This document shows positions 60,590-64,000 of a DNA stretch of 64,000 nucleotides, piece by piece. Source of the stretch: Squalus acanthias (lineage: Eukaryota); NCBI GenBank assembly GCA_030390025.1, contig CM059431.1, positions 151,220,001-151,284,000 on the forward strand. Direction: 5' to 3'. The position numbers were made by a program, and so were the translations under genes. Under the pieces are notes generated by a model. That model did no database searches. It was given only the letters and a program-made list of their open reading frames with translations, and was not told the origin of the DNA. Numbering within the stretch: the first letter of the stretch is position 1; each line of letters opens with the position of its first letter.

Positions 60590-63500
60590 AGAGAAGGAAG
60601 GGGTGGTCTCCTTTAGAGAAGGAAATCTGCAGCCCTTACCTGGTCTGGCCTTTATGTGACTCCAGACCCACAGCAATGTGGTTGACTCTTAACTCCCATC
60701 TGAAATGACCGAGAAAGCCATTCAGTAGTAACAAACTGCTACAAAACGCATTAATAAGAATAAAACTGGACACAGCACACGGCATCGACCTCGGCACCGG
60801 CTACGGACACGGTAATGGCACAGTAAGCCCAGTCGAACGTGCAAAGGACTCCTCACCAACATCTGGCGACCTGTGAGAAAATTGGGAGAGCTGTCCCACA
60901 GACGAGTCAAGCAACAGCCTGACATATTTATACTCACAGAATCATAGCTTTTATCCAATGTCCCAAACTCCTGCATCACCATCGCTGGGTATGTCTTGTC
61001 CCACCCGCAGGAAACTCCGACCAGGGTTGGCTGCACAGCGGTATACTTTCGGAAAGGAGTGTCCTCATTGACTCCGGACCCCATTAAGTCTAATGGCTTC
61101 AGGTCATGCATGGGCAAGGAAACCTCCTGCTGATTATCACCTACCGCCCTCCCTCAGCTGACGAACCAGTACTCCTCCATAGTGAACACCAAATGGAAGA
61201 TGCACGGAGAGTCGCAAGGGCACAGAATTTACTCTAGGTGGTGGAATTCAATGTCCATCAAGAAGAGTGGCTCGGTAGCGCCACTACTGACTGAACAGGC
61301 CGAGTCCTGAAGGACAGAGCTGCCAGTCTGGGCCTGCGACAGGTGGTGAGTGACCCAACACGAGGGAGAAGCCTACTTGAGCTCATCGTCACAAATCTAA
61401 CGGTCGCCGATGCATCTGTCCATCACAGTATTGATACTAGTGACCACCGCACAGTCATTGTGGAGACGAAGTCCTGTCTTCACTCTGAGGACAGCCTCCA
61501 TCGTGTTGTGTTGCACTACCACGGTACTAAATGGGATAGATTCACGACAAATCTAGCATTCAAAACTGGGCATCCATGAGGCGCTGTGGGCCATCAGCTG
61601 CAGCAGAATTGTAATCAACAACAAACTGTAACCTCATGACCCGGCATACACCTCATCTACCATTACCATCAAGCCAGGGGACCAACCCTGATTCAATCAG
61701 GAGTGCAGAAGAGCATGCCAGGAGCAGCACCAGGCATACCTAAAAATGAGGTGCAAATCTGGGGAAGCTGCAAAACAGGACTACATGCATGCTAAAAAGC
61801 GGAAGCAGCATGTTACAGACATCGCTAAGTGATCCCACATTCAATGGATCAGATCAAAGCTCTGCAGTCTTGCAACATCCAGTCGTGAATTGTGGTGGAC
61901 CATTAAATAACTAACGGGAGGAGGAGGCTCCATGAATAACTCCATTCTCAATGATCGTGGAGCCCAGCACGTGAGCGCAAAAGACAAGGCTGAAGCGTTT
62001 GCAAAAATCCTCAGCCAGAAGTGCCGATTGGATGACCCATATCGGCTTACTCGTGAGGTCCCCACCATCACAGAAGCCAGTCTTCAGCCAATTGGAATCA
62101 CTCCACGTGATATCAAGAAACGGCTGAGCGCACTGGATACAGCGATGGCTGTGGGCCCCGAGAAAATCCCGGCTATCGTGCTGAAGACTTGTGCTCCTGA
62201 ACTAGCCACGCAACTAGCCAAGCAGTTCCAGTACAGCTACAACACTGGCATCGATCCGACAATGTGCAAAACTGCCCAGGTATGTCCTGCCCACAAAAAG
62301 CACGACAAATCCAATCCAGCCAATAACCACACCGTCAGTCTACTCTCAATCATCAGCAAAGTAAAGGAAGGTGTCAGTACTAGTACAGTACTATCAAGCG
62401 ACACTTGCTCACCAATAATCTGCTCACTGATGCCCAGTTTGTGTTCCGCGAAGACCACTCGGCTCCCGGCGTCATTACAGCCTTGGTCCAAATATGAACA
62501 ATGGAGCTGAATTCCAGAGGTGAGGTGAGAGTGACTGCCCTTGACATCAAGACAGCTTTTGACCGAGTGTGGCATTCAGGAGTCCTAGTAAAACTGAAGT
62601 CAATGGGAATTGGGGGCGGGGGGGGGGGGGACTCTCCACTGTCTGGAGTCATACCGAGCACAAAGGAAGATGGTTGTGCTGTTCGAAGGTCAATTATCAC
62701 AACCCTGGGACATCGTTGTAGGTGTTCCTCAGGGCAGTGTCCGAGGCCCAATCATCAATGACCTTCCCTGCAACATAAGATCAGAAATGAGGATGTTCGC
62801 TGATTACTGCACATTGTTCAACGCCATTCACAACTCATCAGATAATAAAGCAGTCCATGCCAGTATGCAACAAGACCTTGACGACGTTCAGGCTTGTGCT
62901 GTTAACTGCAGGAATCATTCGTGCCATGCAATGACTATAACCAAAAAAAGAGACTCTAACCAACTCCCCTTGACATTCAGCAGCATTACCATCGCCGAAT
63001 TCCCCACCATCAACAACATGGGGTTTACCATTGACCAGAAACTTAACTGGATCAGTCAAATAAATACTGTGGCAACAAGAGCAGGTCAGAGGCTAGGTAT
63101 TCTGCGTCGAGTGCCTCAACTGCTGTCTCCCCAAAGCCTTTCCACGATCTACAAGGCACAAGTGAGGAGTGTGTTGGAATACTCTCCACTTGCCTGGATG
63201 AGTGCAGCTCCAACAGCACTCAAGAAGCTCGACACCATCCATGACAAAGCAGTCCGCATCATCGGCACATCCGCCAGCACCGGCGCACTGTGGTTGCAGT
63301 GTGTACCATCTCTAAGATGCACTGCAGCAACTCGCCAAGGCTTCTTCGGCAGCACTTCCCAAACACGCGATCTCGTCCACCCAGTAGAACATGGGCAGCA
63401 GGCGCATGCGAACACCACCACTTTCAAGTTCCACTCCAAGTCTCACACCATCCTGACTTAGAAGTATATCGCCGACGCTTCTTCGTCGCTGGGTCAAATT

Positions 63501-63668
63501 TCTGGAACTCCCTACCTAACAGCACTGTGGGACTACCTTCATCACACGAACTGCAGCGGTTCAAGGATGCGGCTCAACACCACCTCCTCAAGTGCAATTA
63601 GGTTTGGGCAATAAATGCTGGCCTTGCCAGCGATGCCCCCTCCCAAAAAAAAAGAATCTAAAAAAAGA
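60590..63668 (+). mobile_element. LINE-e, longest copy (APE + RT, disrupted)
   Basis: PTRGRSLLELIVTN..TSDH (ORF 61343-61579), a YRPP motif at ~61142, and RT ORFs 61932-62510 and 62610-63461; A-rich tail. Confidence 0.93.
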
Positions 63669-64000
63669 GGCGGCCTGGGACCGGTTAGGAACCAAAAAGG
63701 TGACTTATGCATAGAGGCAAGTGTTATGGCTCAGGCACTAAATGAGTACTTTATATCTGTCTTCACCAGGGATGAGGATGCTGCCATAGACATAGAGAAG
63801 GAGGAAGTGGAAACACTCGATAGTATCAACATTGATAAAGAAGAGGTATTAGAAAGTCAGGCTGTACTTAAAGTAGATAAATTATCAAGAGCTGATGGGA
63901 AACATCCTAGGATGCTAAGGGAATTGCGGGCTGAAATCTTGGAGGTATTGGCGCTAATATTCCAATCCTCCATGGATACGGTGGTGGTGTCAGAGGACTG
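63669..64000 (+). mobile_element. CR1-d copy (cut by window edge)
   Basis: Homologous to 34721-35052. Confidence 0.9.

Larger units (their letters stand above)
1..64000 (+). repeat. Degenerate tRNA-Lys-anchored macrosatellite (basic unit ~3.6-4.6 kb) with a ~15 kb higher-order alternation of LINE-rich blocks
   Basis: tRNA-like anchors start at ~-38, 3606, 7800, 12221, 21443, 25616, 30194, 36776, 40938, 45198, 59188. Spacings are 3644, 4194, 4421, 9222, 4173, 4578, 6582, 4162, 4260, 13990. The same order of sub-elements recurs in each unit. Confidence 0.95.

Overview
Repeat-only vertebrate DNA with no host protein-coding gene. The CR1 LINE / DeuSINE / Penelope repertoire points to a cartilaginous fish (inference, not a database result). 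The window is part of a degenerate macrosatellite built around tRNA-Lys(TTT)-derived copies: 10 full copies and 1 partial, all on +, none intact. The basic unit is ~3.6-4.6 kb: tRNA-like copy, CR1 3' fragment (-), a DeuSINE nested antiparallel inside another DeuSINE, a conserved CpG-rich spacer, a CR1 RT fragment (+), a 52-58 bp minisatellite, CR1 fragments, then a promoter-like flank. Runs of these units alternate with LINE-rich blocks (14.9-21.1, 30.9-36.4, 45.9-56.3, 59.9-64 kb), giving a loose ~15 kb higher-order period. One block (46766-56303) is inverted and carries a near full-length, frameshifted CR1 (esterase ORF1, APE-RT ORF2) with a 37-bp VNTR at its 5' end. The most notable observations are: a minimal hammerhead ribozyme in a Penelope-like insertion (552-588); a shared derived tRNA 5' half that is complementary to its own upstream flank; a head-to-head CR1 composite flanked by a 14-bp direct repeat; and two rearrangement breakpoints at the same 12 bp of one CR1. 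I see no evidence for a new protein-based system. All alignments were made by eye, and TE boundaries are approximate (about +/-10-20 bp).
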